Below are positions 29,299 to 39,288 of a stretch of DNA of 64,000 nt, piece after piece. The stretch is taken from the NCBI GenBank assembly GCA_963706715.1, contig CAVPNI010000002.1:256001-320000 (forward strand), given 5' to 3'. A program made the translations under genes and the position numbers. Position 1 is the stretch's first letter. The number at the start of each line of letters is the position of its first letter. The stretch is from an uncultured Verrucomicrobiae bacterium. GTDB lineage: Bacteria; Verrucomicrobiota; Verrucomicrobiia; Chthoniobacterales; Xiphinematobacteraceae. The notes under the pieces are model-generated. The model saw nothing but the letters and a program-made list of their open reading frames with translations, searched no databases and had not been told where the DNA came from.

Positions 29299-30438
29299 AT
29301 GCGTATCGTTGTAGCAGGTTACATTGGGCAGTACGCTTTTGGCGGCGTTGCCTGGGACTATCTTCATTACCTTTTTGGATTTCGTGAGCTCGGGCACGAT
29401 GTCTGGTATCTTGAAGATACGGGTGCCTGGTCTTACAACCCGTTAGAAGAGGGATCCTCGGCAGATTGTTCTCATAACATTGCTTACGTTCGGCAGGTGA
29501 TGGAAACATTCGGACTCGGTGACCGCTGGATTTACAGAAATGCCGCCGATGGCGTCTATTATGGCGAAGCAAAACACGCGGAAAAGGTATTAGCCGAAGC
29601 CAATGTACTCGTGAACGTTTCAGGCTCCTGCTGGCTGCGTGACATTACGGCGCGTATCCCCATTAAGCTTTTCGTCGACACCGACCCCATGTTTAACCAT
29701 GCAACCTTCGCAAATCGCTCCTCCAAATATGCCCATCAGCTCTTAAATTACACTCGGCATTACACCTGCGGCCTCCATATCGGACAACCGGATTGCGAGG
29801 TTCCCACAGGGCCAATTTGTTGGCTGCCAACCATGCAACCAGTTTCCCTTTCGCATTGGCAAACAAACACTGCCGCAATCAGACCCTCCGGCGCCTGGAC
29901 CACCGTAATGAACTGGATCAGTTACGCAGACGTAGAGTTTCAAGGTAAGCTTTACGGCCAAAAAGATATCGAATTTCTCAAATGTCTCAACCTCCCAAAT
30001 CTTAGTTCCGAAAAATTTGTCATTGCCATGGGGCAAGGCCCGGGTCGAAATCGGCCAACCTCAAAACTCATCAGCAATGGCTGGACGATTGTGGAACCCA
30101 GCGAAACACTGCCGGATTTCGAGGCCTATCGCTCATTTTTGATGGAGTCCAAAGGGGAATGGAGCGTCGCAAAACACGGCTATGTTACCGCTAAAACAGG
30201 CTGGTTTAGTTACCGCACTTCTTTCTATTTAGCTTCGGGACGGCCAGCAGTGGTACAAGACACCGGTTGGACTCGACATTTGCCGGAGGGCGAGGGGCTG
30301 TTGAGTTTTCGCACCGTTGAAGAGGCCGCTGAAAAAATTCGCCGAGTGTGTGAAGATTATGACCGCCACAGCAAAGCCGCGAACCGTTTTGCAAGGGATT
30401 ACTTGGACGCTCGTAAAATTTGTTCTCAGTTGCTCTGA
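29299..30438 (+). CDS. putative glycosyltransferase (GT-B-like, uncharacterised)
   Basis: MRIVVAG...GG..W..LHY..G...LGHDV; GWFS.R...YLASGRPAVVQDTG. Confidence 0.7.
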   Translation: MRIVVAGYIGQYAFGGVAWDYLHYLFGFRELGHDVWYLEDTGAWSYNPLEEGSSADCSHNIAYVRQVMETFGLGDRWIYRNAADGVYYGEAKHAEKVLAEANVLVNVSGSCWLRDITARIPIKLFVDTDPMFNHATFANRSSKYAHQLLNYTRHYTCGLHIGQPDCEVPTGPICWLPTMQPVSLSHWQTNTAAIRPSGAWTTVMNWISYADVEFQGKLYGQKDIEFLKCLNLPNLSSEKFVIAMGQGPGRNRPTSKLISNGWTIVEPSETLPDFEAYRSFLMESKGEWSVAKHGYVTAKTGWFSYRTSFYLASGRPAVVQDTGWTRHLPEGEGLLSFRTVEEAAEKIRRVCEDYDRHSKAANRFARDYLDARKICSQLL

Positions 30439-30554
30439 CTGCGGGGACTTCGTCCCTTTCCTTTAGAAACCGTTGAATGAAAATGGGCGTTATTTGTACT
30501 ACACCTCCCAAAAACTTGTAGTTCCCAAAAAACATTATTCGCAATTACAGGCTC

Positions 30555-32342
30555 CTAAAAGAAACCGGCGTAGCCGGCTGCCCGATAAAGGGTCGCATAA
30601 GTTCCTCCTCGGGCGAGCAGCTCTTCACCAGTTCCTGCTTCTACAATCCTGCCAAATTGCAGAACCACGATGCGCTTCATGCGATGCACAGTTCCGAGCC
30701 GGTGAGTCACAATCAGCGTGGTGCGATTTTGCATCAATTGCTCGATAGTCTCCATAATGCTGGCTTCCGTCCGGGGATCCAGTGCGGAAGTCGGTTCATC
30801 AAGCAGCAGGATAGGCGCATTTTTTAAAAACGCACGAGCGATGCCGATGCGTTGCCGTTGTCCGACACTCAGGTGCCCTCCACGTTCACCGGCTAAAGAA
30901 TCGAAGCCATCTGGCAGACGTTCAATAAATTCCAACGCCTGAGCATGTCTCGCGGCCTCCACGATCTCCTCCGGTTTCGCTTCGGGGTGCCCATAGGCGA
31001 TATTTTCGCGAATCGTTGTAGAAAAAAGAATGGTGTCCTGCAAAACGATACCAATCTGCGATCGAAGGGAGTCCTTTCTCAGGTCACGAATGTCCCCTCC
31101 TCCAATTCGGACCATGCCTTCCGTTGGGTCATAAAACCGGGGCACTAGGCTCAAAAGCGTGCTTTTTCCCGCCCCCGTCCCTCCTACTATGGCCACACTT
31201 TCTCCGGAATTGATAGAGAGAGAGATATTCTCCAGAGCAGGGTGTTCTCCACTATAACGAAACCCAACATTCGCAAATTCGATTGGACCCACGCGTTGGA
31301 GGGCATGCGCATCCGGTTTTTCCGGTACTTCGTCTTGGCGATCCAGTACCTCGAGGCAACGCTGAGCCCCTGCCGCCGCTCCCTCCATCGCCCAGGCTGT
31401 ATAAGTCAATTGCTCCAAGGGCTGATAAAGGAGAAGCAAATAAGCGGAGAAAACAAGGAGATCTCCCAGACTCAAATGAAAATGGAGTACCTCGAGAGAG
31501 CCCACATAATAGAGAATTGCAGTTCCTAACGCCATGAGTGCTCCCATGACAACTGAACTGATCACTGTGGTAACATTGAAACGAAGATTGGCTTCCAGGC
31601 TCCGTGCGGCATGCTGTTGAAATTGATTTACTTCAAAGGACTGCCGATTAAAGGCCTGCACTAATCGAACCGAACTGATGCCCTCCTGCGCCACGGAGAG
31701 CAGGTTGCTCTCCTTTTCGTGGATATGCGTGCTCTGCATCCGGATTCGCGCGGCAAAAGCACGGATAACCCAGATGACAAATGGAAAGACAGCGAGGGAA
31801 GCGAGGGTGAGCTGCCAGTGGATCCGAAACATGATGGCGAGTGCCGACAACAGCATGACCAACGAACTAAAAACATTTACAAAACCTTTGCTATAAATAG
31901 CTTGTACTGATTGAGTATCGTATGCCACGCGATAAGTGCTATCGCCACTCCGTCGACTATCATGAAACTTCAGAGAAAGTTCCTGTAAGTACGCATAGAG
32001 CTCTGTTCGCAACTTCAGAAGGGCCTGCAGCCCAACCCTGATGAAGACATAATTAGCGCCTAAATTTAGAATCCCCCAAAGGGCGTGAATGATCACTACG
32101 GCTATACAGAGAGCCAATATCCGCCCCCCCTCACTGGCACCAGGCAGCCAATAACGAAGAAATTGAGCTGCTCCAACATGACCCGCAGTATTTGCAGGGG
32201 AAAGCACCCCATCCACTATAAACTTAAATGGCCATGGCTTTAACAAATTCATTCCAATGGCCCCCAAGCTCAAGATGATACCGAGAAACGTTGCCGACAC
32301 GTAAGGCCGAAAGTACTTTAATGTACGAAGATAAACGGACAT
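30555..32342 (-). CDS. ABC exporter, fused TMD + NBD (MsbA-like)
   Basis: Multi-TM N-domain; GGTGAGKST, LSVGQRQRI, LLLDEPTSALD, HRL. Confidence 0.93.
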   Translation of the reverse strand: MSVYLRTLKYFRPYVSATFLGIILSLGAIGMNLLKPWPFKFIVDGVLSPANTAGHVGAAQFLRYWLPGASEGGRILALCIAVVIIHALWGILNLGANYVFIRVGLQALLKLRTELYAYLQELSLKFHDSRRSGDSTYRVAYDTQSVQAIYSKGFVNVFSSLVMLLSALAIMFRIHWQLTLASLAVFPFVIWVIRAFAARIRMQSTHIHEKESNLLSVAQEGISSVRLVQAFNRQSFEVNQFQQHAARSLEANLRFNVTTVISSVVMGALMALGTAILYYVGSLEVLHFHLSLGDLLVFSAYLLLLYQPLEQLTYTAWAMEGAAAGAQRCLEVLDRQDEVPEKPDAHALQRVGPIEFANVGFRYSGEHPALENISLSINSGESVAIVGGTGAGKSTLLSLVPRFYDPTEGMVRIGGGDIRDLRKDSLRSQIGIVLQDTILFSTTIRENIAYGHPEAKPEEIVEAARHAQALEFIERLPDGFDSLAGERGGHLSVGQRQRIGIARAFLKNAPILLLDEPTSALDPRTEASIMETIEQLMQNRTTLIVTHRLGTVHRMKRIVVLQFGRIVEAGTGEELLARGGTYATLYRAAGYAGFF

Positions 32343-32446
32343 GCTGGTGTGTTATTTATGATGAGAGACACCTCTAACCTCTGCGGCGGATCTTGCTCAT
32401 GCACCGATTCACGGGCATAACAAACTTTAATCTATGTCATTAGGAT

Positions 32447-33190
32447 TTGCCAAGCACCGCGCATCTGAAGAATATTTCCGATTTTATAGAATATCCTGTG
32501 CAAGCCCCAATTGCTCCTAATAATCTTCCGCCCCATAGGATCAGACATCTCCGCAATAGGCTGATTGCCGGAATCTTGGTCTCCGTTCCTCTGGTAGTTA
32601 CCATCATTGTACTTAAAATTGCCTACAGTACGATCAATAACTTCTCCGCACCTATTTTTCGATATCTGAGCATCGATTTTCCCGGTCTGGGCTTTGTCAC
32701 CACCCTTTTGTTTCTTCTTTTATTGGGGTTTATGGCGACGAATGTCTTCGGTCGCCGCATTATCGAAAAATGCGAGTCCCTCATCCTCAAAATACCAGTA
32801 ATCGCCCATGTTTATGGTGGAGTCAAACAAGCCATCGAATCAGTACGGAACATCAAAACCAGCTCAAACTTCAAACGCGTAGCCTATGTTCCCTACCCTA
32901 GCCCCGGCTGCTATCTCATCGGGTTTGTCACCGGTACACTCCACGATGAGGCTCTGGGCTGTGAAATGACAGCCGTCTTTCTCCCAACAACGCCAAATCC
33001 CTTCACTGGCTATATGATCTTCGTCGAAAGTTCCCGTGTCATTGAGAGTGGTCTCACCTTAGAACAGGCTACCAAAGCCGTGGTCTCCGCCGGCCTGGTC
33101 TCTCCAACCAAGCCAGATCCCGCTCTCTCCCCATTTCCTCCGCCAGTTTTTGACTCATCCCCTAACGCCAAAATAAATAATCAACTTTGA
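32447..33190 (+). CDS. DUF502 family membrane protein (start uncertain)
   Basis: GIL..VPL.VT, IP....VY..VKQ, VFLPTTPNPFTGY. Confidence 0.85.
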   Translation: MPSTAHLKNISDFIEYPVQAPIAPNNLPPHRIRHLRNRLIAGILVSVPLVVTIIVLKIAYSTINNFSAPIFRYLSIDFPGLGFVTTLLFLLLLGFMATNVFGRRIIEKCESLILKIPVIAHVYGGVKQAIESVRNIKTSSNFKRVAYVPYPSPGCYLIGFVTGTLHDEALGCEMTAVFLPTTPNPFTGYMIFVESSRVIESGLTLEQATKAVVSAGLVSPTKPDPALSPFPPPVFDSSPNAKINNQL

Positions 33191-33326
33191 ACGTCCCCCC
33201 CTTTTTTTTGTCAATATAAGTACGGAGAGGGAGGGTGCGAAGGGAAAGGGAGGGGGATAGGCGCAAGGGGAAAAGGAACTTATGAGGGCGAGGGTTGTGA
33301 GGAAATAAAATGAAAAGTCACAAACT

Positions 33327-33512
33327 ATGAAAACCCGGTACCGTAGAATAAATCGGAAGCACTATTCGCTAGGAGAGTTGATTACCATCGTGAACTCCTG
33401 TACAAGAAACAAAGTCGAATCTCTCGCGACTCTTTCAGATCTTTTTAAAAGCGGCAGAGTGGTGGTCCTGTCAGGAAAAACCGTAAAACGGCTCCGCTTG
33501 GGGACTTGCTAG
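33327..33512 (+). CDS. small basic hypothetical protein (61 aa)
   Basis: ATG after a purine-rich leader; amphipathic SLGELITIV...LATLSDLFKSGRV. Confidence 0.55.
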   Translation: MKTRYRRINRKHYSLGELITIVNSCTRNKVESLATLSDLFKSGRVVVLSGKTVKRLRLGTC

Positions 33513-33617
33513 CTGCTGACAGACGAGCAGGGCAACTGAGCAAATTAGGAGTGCGATCGATTTTCGTGGTGGAGTGTCATGCCTTTTTCCTAAGGTACGG
33601 AGACACCTGTTACACGC

Positions 33618-34913
33618 GTGATTGCAAGATACTCTTTGCCGGAAATGCGCTCTCTTTGGACCGAGCAGCGCAAATTGGAAATTTGGTTGGAAATTGAGAT
33701 TTTGGCCTGTGAGGCGATGGCTGAAATGGGCCAGATTCCAATTCAAGATGCGCAGGCTATTCGGGAGCGAGCGGCATTTGAAATTGATGAGGTGCGCGAA
33801 ATCGAGTCCCGCACGCATCACGATGTCATCGCTTTTCTTGAAAATGTGGCGGCTCATGTCGGCCCTGCAGCTCGGTGGATTCATCAGGGTCTTACGTCTT
33901 CGGATTTATTGGACACCACCCTAGCATATCAAATGACGCAGTCTGCGGATCTTCTCTTGGGTGATATCCAAAATCTGCGAGCGACTGTGGCGGAAACAGC
34001 CAAAAAGCATCGCCTTACGCCTATGATAGGACGCAGCCATGGAATTCACGCCGAACCCATTACCTTTGGACTTAAAATGGCCCTGATGTTTGATGAATTC
34101 GGGCGGGCGGAGGAACGTCTCAAACAAGCAAAAGAAAGAATCCGAGTCGGCAAAATCAGCGGCGCTGTGGGGACGCACGCTCATTTGGATCCCGCGATCG
34201 AGAAGTTTGTCTGTCAGCGTCTAAGCCTACTGCCGGCCAAGCTTTCCACACAGATCATCCAGCGCGATCGCCATGCGGATTTCCTTTGCGCGCTCGCTGT
34301 GACTGCTTCCAGCGTCGACCGGTGGGCGACGGAGTTCCGGCACCTTCAACGGACAGAGGTCCTCGAAGTCGAAGAATTTTTTGATGAAGGTCAGAAAGGC
34401 AGCTCAGCCATGCCCCATAAGCGGAATCCGATTACCGCCGAGCGCCTGAGCGGGCTTGCTCGCGTCATCCGGGGAAATGCGGTGGCCGCCATGGAGAATG
34501 TCACCCTTTGGCACGAACGCGACATCAGCCACAGCAGCGCGGAGCGCATCATTTTACCAGATTCCTGTATCTTGTTAGATTACATGCTGGTTACTCTTCG
34601 AAAACTAGTTTCCGGCCTCTGCATTTATCCGGAAAATATGGAGCGCAATATGGCGCTGACACAGGGGTTGTATGCGAGTCAATCCGTTCTCCTTCTTCTT
34701 ACAAGGAAGGGCCTCGCAAGGAAAGAGGCCTATGAAGCGGTTCAGCGTGCTGCAATGCGTACCTGGAAGGAGGGCTTTCCTTTCCAAAAAAGCTTATTGC
34801 AAGAGCCCCTCATCCACAAAAATCTGAGCGAAGAAGAAATTGCCTCCGCATGTTCCACAGCCAGTCATTTCGCCCATGTCGATGAAAAATTCCAACTCCT
34901 TGGTATCGATTAA
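33618..34913 (+). CDS. purB: adenylosuccinate lyase
   Basis: HDVIAF, H.GLTSSD, GRSHGIHAEP, GSSAMPHKRNP. Confidence 0.97.
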   Translation: MIARYSLPEMRSLWTEQRKLEIWLEIEILACEAMAEMGQIPIQDAQAIRERAAFEIDEVREIESRTHHDVIAFLENVAAHVGPAARWIHQGLTSSDLLDTTLAYQMTQSADLLLGDIQNLRATVAETAKKHRLTPMIGRSHGIHAEPITFGLKMALMFDEFGRAEERLKQAKERIRVGKISGAVGTHAHLDPAIEKFVCQRLSLLPAKLSTQIIQRDRHADFLCALAVTASSVDRWATEFRHLQRTEVLEVEEFFDEGQKGSSAMPHKRNPITAERLSGLARVIRGNAVAAMENVTLWHERDISHSSAERIILPDSCILLDYMLVTLRKLVSGLCIYPENMERNMALTQGLYASQSVLLLLTRKGLARKEAYEAVQRAAMRTWKEGFPFQKSLLQEPLIHKNLSEEEIASACSTASHFAHVDEKFQLLGID

Positions 34914-34962
34914 ACCCGAAACAACCTTGCCGGTGGATTTCCCCATAGCATAGTAGTTTACT

Positions 34963-36138
34963 ATGAGTGTTTCCCATATGAGTCGTTTCTCCCTGATCAA
35001 TTGCCTCAGGATTTTCCTGCTATCGCTGTTTCCGGTGACTTCTATTCTTGCTCAACCCGCCACTCCAGCGCCGACAGCTCAACCGACTGCGTCTCAGCAG
35101 AACTCTGCTCCTCAGCAGGCAAACAAGGATGCAATAGTCGTCGTCCTGGGTTATCACCGGTTTGAAGACCGGCCTCGAGATATGCTTGCCATCAATCCGC
35201 AGACATTTCGGGAGCAAATGCAGACCCTAAAAAGCAGCGGCATTCCAGTAATTTCCTTAAAAGATTTCTTAGCTTGGCGAAAGGGTGAAAAGGCCATCCC
35301 ACCTCGAAGTGCTTTGATTACCATCGACGATGGTTACCTCTCAGGATATGCCGTCGCCTGGCCGATTTTGAAGGAATTTGGCTATCCATTTGTCATCTAC
35401 ATCTATACAAATTATGTGAATGTGGGTGGCAAATCCATGACATGGGACCAACTCCGGGAAATGCGCGATGCTGGTGCGGAGTTCGGTAACCATAGTGCTT
35501 CACACGATAACATGGTTCGTCCGAAAAATCTGAAAGGCGGTAACTATCAAGAATGGCTAAAAAACGAACTCTTTGGCTCCAAACAAATCCTCGAATCTCA
35601 GATGAATGTCCCCATTACCACCTTCGCATTTCCTTATGGGATTCATAATGCTCAGATTAGAGAAGATGCGCTGAAGCATGGATACCAAGCCATGTTCACC
35701 GTTAATCCGGTTCCCATTCGATTCTCCTCCCTAGCAGGCGCACTGGGGCGCTTCATCATCTCTTCCACCCAACCGGCAACCTTTAAAAATGCACTCCGCG
35801 CCCTTGAGGGATCGGGTTCGGCGATCCCTGAAATGCAGGGTTCAGGAGGTTCTTCGCCCGCTATCGTAACTGAACCGAAAAAGGACGAAACCATTCATAA
35901 TCCACTCCCTGAAATTAAAGCGGATCTGACTCCCTTCGGGAACGTCCAACCGGATTCGATTCGATTAGCTATCAGCAGCTTTGGTCCTGTATCCGCCAAC
36001 TACGACCCCAAGACTAAGCAACTCTCCTATAAAGTCACTCGCCCCCTTCGGGAAAAAAATGTCACCGTTTTCTTATCCGCAAAAAATGAAACCGGCCCTG
36101 TGGGTACGACGTGGACCTTCCATTATAATCCAAAGTGA
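34963..36138 (+). CDS. exported polysaccharide deacetylase (NodB/PgaB-like)
   Basis: Signal peptide; VLGYHR, ITIDDGY, GNHSASH, FAFPYG. Confidence 0.88.
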   Translation: MSVSHMSRFSLINCLRIFLLSLFPVTSILAQPATPAPTAQPTASQQNSAPQQANKDAIVVVLGYHRFEDRPRDMLAINPQTFREQMQTLKSSGIPVISLKDFLAWRKGEKAIPPRSALITIDDGYLSGYAVAWPILKEFGYPFVIYIYTNYVNVGGKSMTWDQLREMRDAGAEFGNHSASHDNMVRPKNLKGGNYQEWLKNELFGSKQILESQMNVPITTFAFPYGIHNAQIREDALKHGYQAMFTVNPVPIRFSSLAGALGRFIISSTQPATFKNALRALEGSGSAIPEMQGSGGSSPAIVTEPKKDETIHNPLPEIKADLTPFGNVQPDSIRLAISSFGPVSANYDPKTKQLSYKVTRPLREKNVTVFLSAKNETGPVGTTWTFHYNPK

Positions 36139-36161
36139 CGGCTCCTGCCAACTAACAACTG

Positions 36162-36191
36162 TTTTCCCCTCTTCCTGCGTAACATCAGTTA
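36162..36191 (+). repeat. repeat ending CGTAACATCAGTTA (family D MITE end)
   Basis: 25/26 identical to 39231..39256; end motif also at 47510..47523. Confidence 0.65.
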
Positions 36192-36192
36192 C

Positions 36193-36609
36193 TTAATCTG
36201 GAATAATCAAAGGAATTTTCTTTCCATTTCTTAACCGGTAGATTTTGAAATGAGCATCTGTTGTCCAGATCACGGGATTTTTAATCATTTCCGCCATGGA
36301 CACAAGACAGGCATCAGCAAGAGACGTAGGGGTATCAGTATATTTTTGCATGATGTCATGAACACTTTCTCGATATTCATTCAGCTTCCAATTAAGAACG
36401 ATAAAGTTCGGCTCAGATAAAAGGGCAAGCATCTTTTGCTTTCCTGTTTTGACTTGTGCGAGTCTAAAAAATGTTTCTGTCAACACTGCCTCACAAGTAT
36501 GAAAGCGCTCCTTAACTGTTTTCGAGGTTTCAACCGCCCAAGTATGAAATTGGTCGCGCCGGTCAAGAATTGCAACAAAAGGACCCGTATCGATAATCAG
36601 AGTATTCAT
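36193..36609 (-). CDS. PIN-domain (VapC-like) toxin
   Basis: IIDTGP, CEAVLTE, SLADACLV, IWTTD.HF..YR. Confidence 0.88.
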   Translation of the reverse strand: MNTLIIDTGPFVAILDRRDQFHTWAVETSKTVKERFHTCEAVLTETFFRLAQVKTGKQKMLALLSEPNFIVLNWKLNEYRESVHDIMQKYTDTPTSLADACLVSMAEMIKNPVIWTTDAHFKIYRLRNGKKIPLIIPD

Positions 36610-36859
36610 TTGCTGCGTTTGGCTGGTTGAACATCTTGCCCAAAGCCTTTCATATACTTTGGGTTTGTACTGAGATCACCAGGACCCTCAATCGTCCCAA
36701 TCAGATCCTTTATACGATCGTACGCGGAAAGTTGCTGAGATTTTCCCGTTAATTTTTCTTTGATTACCTTGCTGACAGTCGTTTTTGCAGTCGTGCAAGA
36801 TGGCTCAATTCCGCATATAAAGGGCCATCCAGATAAATACAGACATTCTTTCCTAGCAT
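36606..36859 (-). pseudogene. RHH/CopG-type antitoxin with a frameshift in an A5 run (36782-36786)
   Basis: ATG 36859 gives MLGKNVCIYLDGPLYAELSHLARLQK; adding one A continues TTVSKVIKEKL...SAYDRIKDLIG..EGPGDLSTNPKYMKGFG; stop overlaps the toxin ATG. Confidence 0.72.
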
Positions 36860-37016
36860 GGTTCTTTTGATTGCTATCGCCATCACAAAAAACAATACTA
36901 CGAAATATATTAGAAATCAATATATTGCTTATATATGTTTCTGACAAATATTCCAGATTGCCATCCGGGATGCATTGACTAATATTTCGCGTTTTCCTAT
37001 TTCATATCTCCCTTCC

Positions 37017-39104
37017 ATGAACAATCTGATTGGCTTCTTTTTGCCTTCGCTAAATTCTCAAATTGTTTTTTCACTTGCCTGCGGCGTCATCGGCTTGATT
37101 GTGGCGCTAGGGCTCATTCGAATGATCCTCTCCGCATCTGTAGGATCGCAAGCTTTACAAAAGATCGCTGCGGCAATCCAAGAGGGGGCTCTGGCTTATT
37201 TGCGGCGACAAATTGTCACCATCAGTTGTATCGCGATCCTTATTTTTTGTCTTTTCCTTTGGCTCAGGGGACTTCCCACCGCATTGGGTTTTTTAGTTGG
37301 TGCAATTTGTTCGTTAGCGGCTGGCTATGTCGGCATGCGGATTGCTGTCATTGCGAATGTCCGTACAGCCCAAGCGGCAACAAGCGACCCATTGAAAGCT
37401 TTGCGACTGGCCTTTAATGGGGGCGCAGTCACCGGCCTTTTAGTGGTCGCCTTGGCTCTTTTGGCTGTGGGCGTATATTATTTAATAGCCCGAAATTTCA
37501 TGGACATCCGTGAAACGGTTAATTCCTTAGTGGGCCTTGCACTTGGAGCTAGTTTGATCAGTGTCTTCGCGCGACTTGGAGGAGGAATTTATACGAAAGC
37601 CGCTGATGTCGGGGCCGATTTGGTGGGTAAAATCGAGCAACAGTTGGATGAAGATGATCCTCGAAATCCAGCAACGATTGCGGACAATGTAGGCGACAAT
37701 GTGGGGGATTGCGCGGGAATGGCTGCCGACGTATTTGAAACATACGCCGTAAGCCTTATTGGAGCGGTCCTTGTCGGTTTCCTTTTGACCCCATTTGGGT
37801 CCGGTGCCATAGCGCTTCCCTTTTTATTAGGAGGAATTTCAATTCTCGGGTCTATTCTCGGCATCGTTTTCGTGAATGTTTTTCGGTGTTCTCCGGGCAT
37901 CTCTCTCATGACTGCTGTCGGGATCAATGCCGCATTCTCGGCCATCGCGTTTTATCCCGTCATCACCAGCATCATTCCCCCTACCCTTGAAGTTGCTCTG
38001 CAGAATTACTCCTCGTTCAATATTTATATTGCAGCTTTGACGGGCTTGGCAATGACCGTGGCCGTAGTCCTGATTACCAATTATTACACTTCCACGGCCT
38101 ATCGTCCTGTCCAAGCTATTGCCCGAGCCTCTGAGACGGGTCACGCTACCAACGTGATAGCAGGCCTCGCTACCGGCAACCATGCCACTGCTTTGCCTGT
38201 CATTTTCATTATAGGTGCTATTTTACTGAGTTATAACATGGGTGGACTCTACGGTGTCGCCATAGCCGTAATGAGTATGCTTTCGCTTGCAGGAATTATT
38301 ATTTCCCTCGATGCCTTTGGGCCTATCACCGACAATGCCGGTGGTATTGCCGTCATGGGCGGGCTCTCTAAGGAAACCCGGGAGGTTACTGATAGTTTGG
38401 ACGCAGTTGGCAACACGATGAAGGCTGTCACCAAGGGCTACGCCATTGCCTCTGCCGGGCTTGCTGCTCTTGTCCTTTTTGGTTCTTATGTGCAAGAACT
38501 TCAAATTCACGTTGCATCCAGTAATGGCGAAGCTTCCTTTCTTTCGTTCTCGTTGGGAGATCCACGGGTATTGGTAGGTCTTTTGATCGGTGGTCTCCTT
38601 CCCTTTTCTTTTAGTGCTTTTAGCCTGGATGCCGTTGGAAAGGCGGCGGCTGCCGTTGTGCGCGAGGTCCGGCGTCAGATTGAGCTGAAGCCCGGAATTC
38701 TTAAAGGCGAAGATACTCCGGAATATGCGACTTGCGTGGATATCGTCACAAAGGCTGCGCTCCGAGAAATGATTGTCCCGGCACTTCTGCCAGTGGTGAC
38801 GGTCGTCGCTGTAGCCGCAATTCCTTGGCTGGGTATGATCGCTCTTGGTGGCGTTCTGGTCGGTACTATCGTTACCGGACTTTTTCTGGCGATTGCCATG
38901 ACCTCCGCAGGAGGGGCATGGGATAACGCTAAAAAGTTTATTGAAGGAGGCCATTTCGGAGGCAAGGGTTCCAATGCTCACGCCGCCGCAGTTACCGGCG
39001 ATACGGTAGGTGACCCTTATAAAGATACGGCGGGTCCCGCCATTAACCCCATGATTAAAGTGGTAAATATCGTCGCTATTCTCATTATTCCTATTGTCTT
39101 TTAA
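37017..39104 (+). CDS. hppA: membrane H+-translocating pyrophosphatase, K+-independent type
   Basis: GGGIYTKAADVGADLVGKIE, EDDPRNPA.IADNVGDNVGD; GNTMKA (Lys marks the K+-independent group). Confidence 0.95.
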   Translation: MNNLIGFFLPSLNSQIVFSLACGVIGLIVALGLIRMILSASVGSQALQKIAAAIQEGALAYLRRQIVTISCIAILIFCLFLWLRGLPTALGFLVGAICSLAAGYVGMRIAVIANVRTAQAATSDPLKALRLAFNGGAVTGLLVVALALLAVGVYYLIARNFMDIRETVNSLVGLALGASLISVFARLGGGIYTKAADVGADLVGKIEQQLDEDDPRNPATIADNVGDNVGDCAGMAADVFETYAVSLIGAVLVGFLLTPFGSGAIALPFLLGGISILGSILGIVFVNVFRCSPGISLMTAVGINAAFSAIAFYPVITSIIPPTLEVALQNYSSFNIYIAALTGLAMTVAVVLITNYYTSTAYRPVQAIARASETGHATNVIAGLATGNHATALPVIFIIGAILLSYNMGGLYGVAIAVMSMLSLAGIIISLDAFGPITDNAGGIAVMGGLSKETREVTDSLDAVGNTMKAVTKGYAIASAGLAALVLFGSYVQELQIHVASSNGEASFLSFSLGDPRVLVGLLIGGLLPFSFSAFSLDAVGKAAAAVVREVRRQIELKPGILKGEDTPEYATCVDIVTKAALREMIVPALLPVVTVVAVAAIPWLGMIALGGVLVGTIVTGLFLAIAMTSAGGAWDNAKKFIEGGHFGGKGSNAHAAAVTGDTVGDPYKDTAGPAINPMIKVVNIVAILIIPIVF

Positions 39105-39230
39105 GGGCGGCGGCGGAGCGCCGCTCTCCTTGAAAAGCAACAATTCCAAGGGTGCTTTTTTTTCGGTCCCTCGTCAATTGGATGTCTTATGTCGAGGAGC
39201 CCTTTTTTCATTCGCCTTTTATTTTAGCAC

Positions 39231-39274
39231 TTTTCTCCTCTTCCTGCGTAACATCATATAGGAGTCATGCTATA
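39231..39274 (+). repeat. family D repeat end abutting a solo family A TIR (TATAGGAGTCATGCTATA)
   Basis: Direct comparison with 36162..36187 and 47416..47433. Confidence 0.65.
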
Positions 39275-39288
39275 AAACGAACTTTTCT

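Noticed and set aside
36860..36947. N-terminal part of the 113-aa ORF 36606..36947 as the real antitoxin start
   Set aside because: The RHH-like N-terminus is in another frame starting at 36859.
38223..39149. 308-aa minus-strand ORF
   Set aside because: Antisense shadow of hppA.
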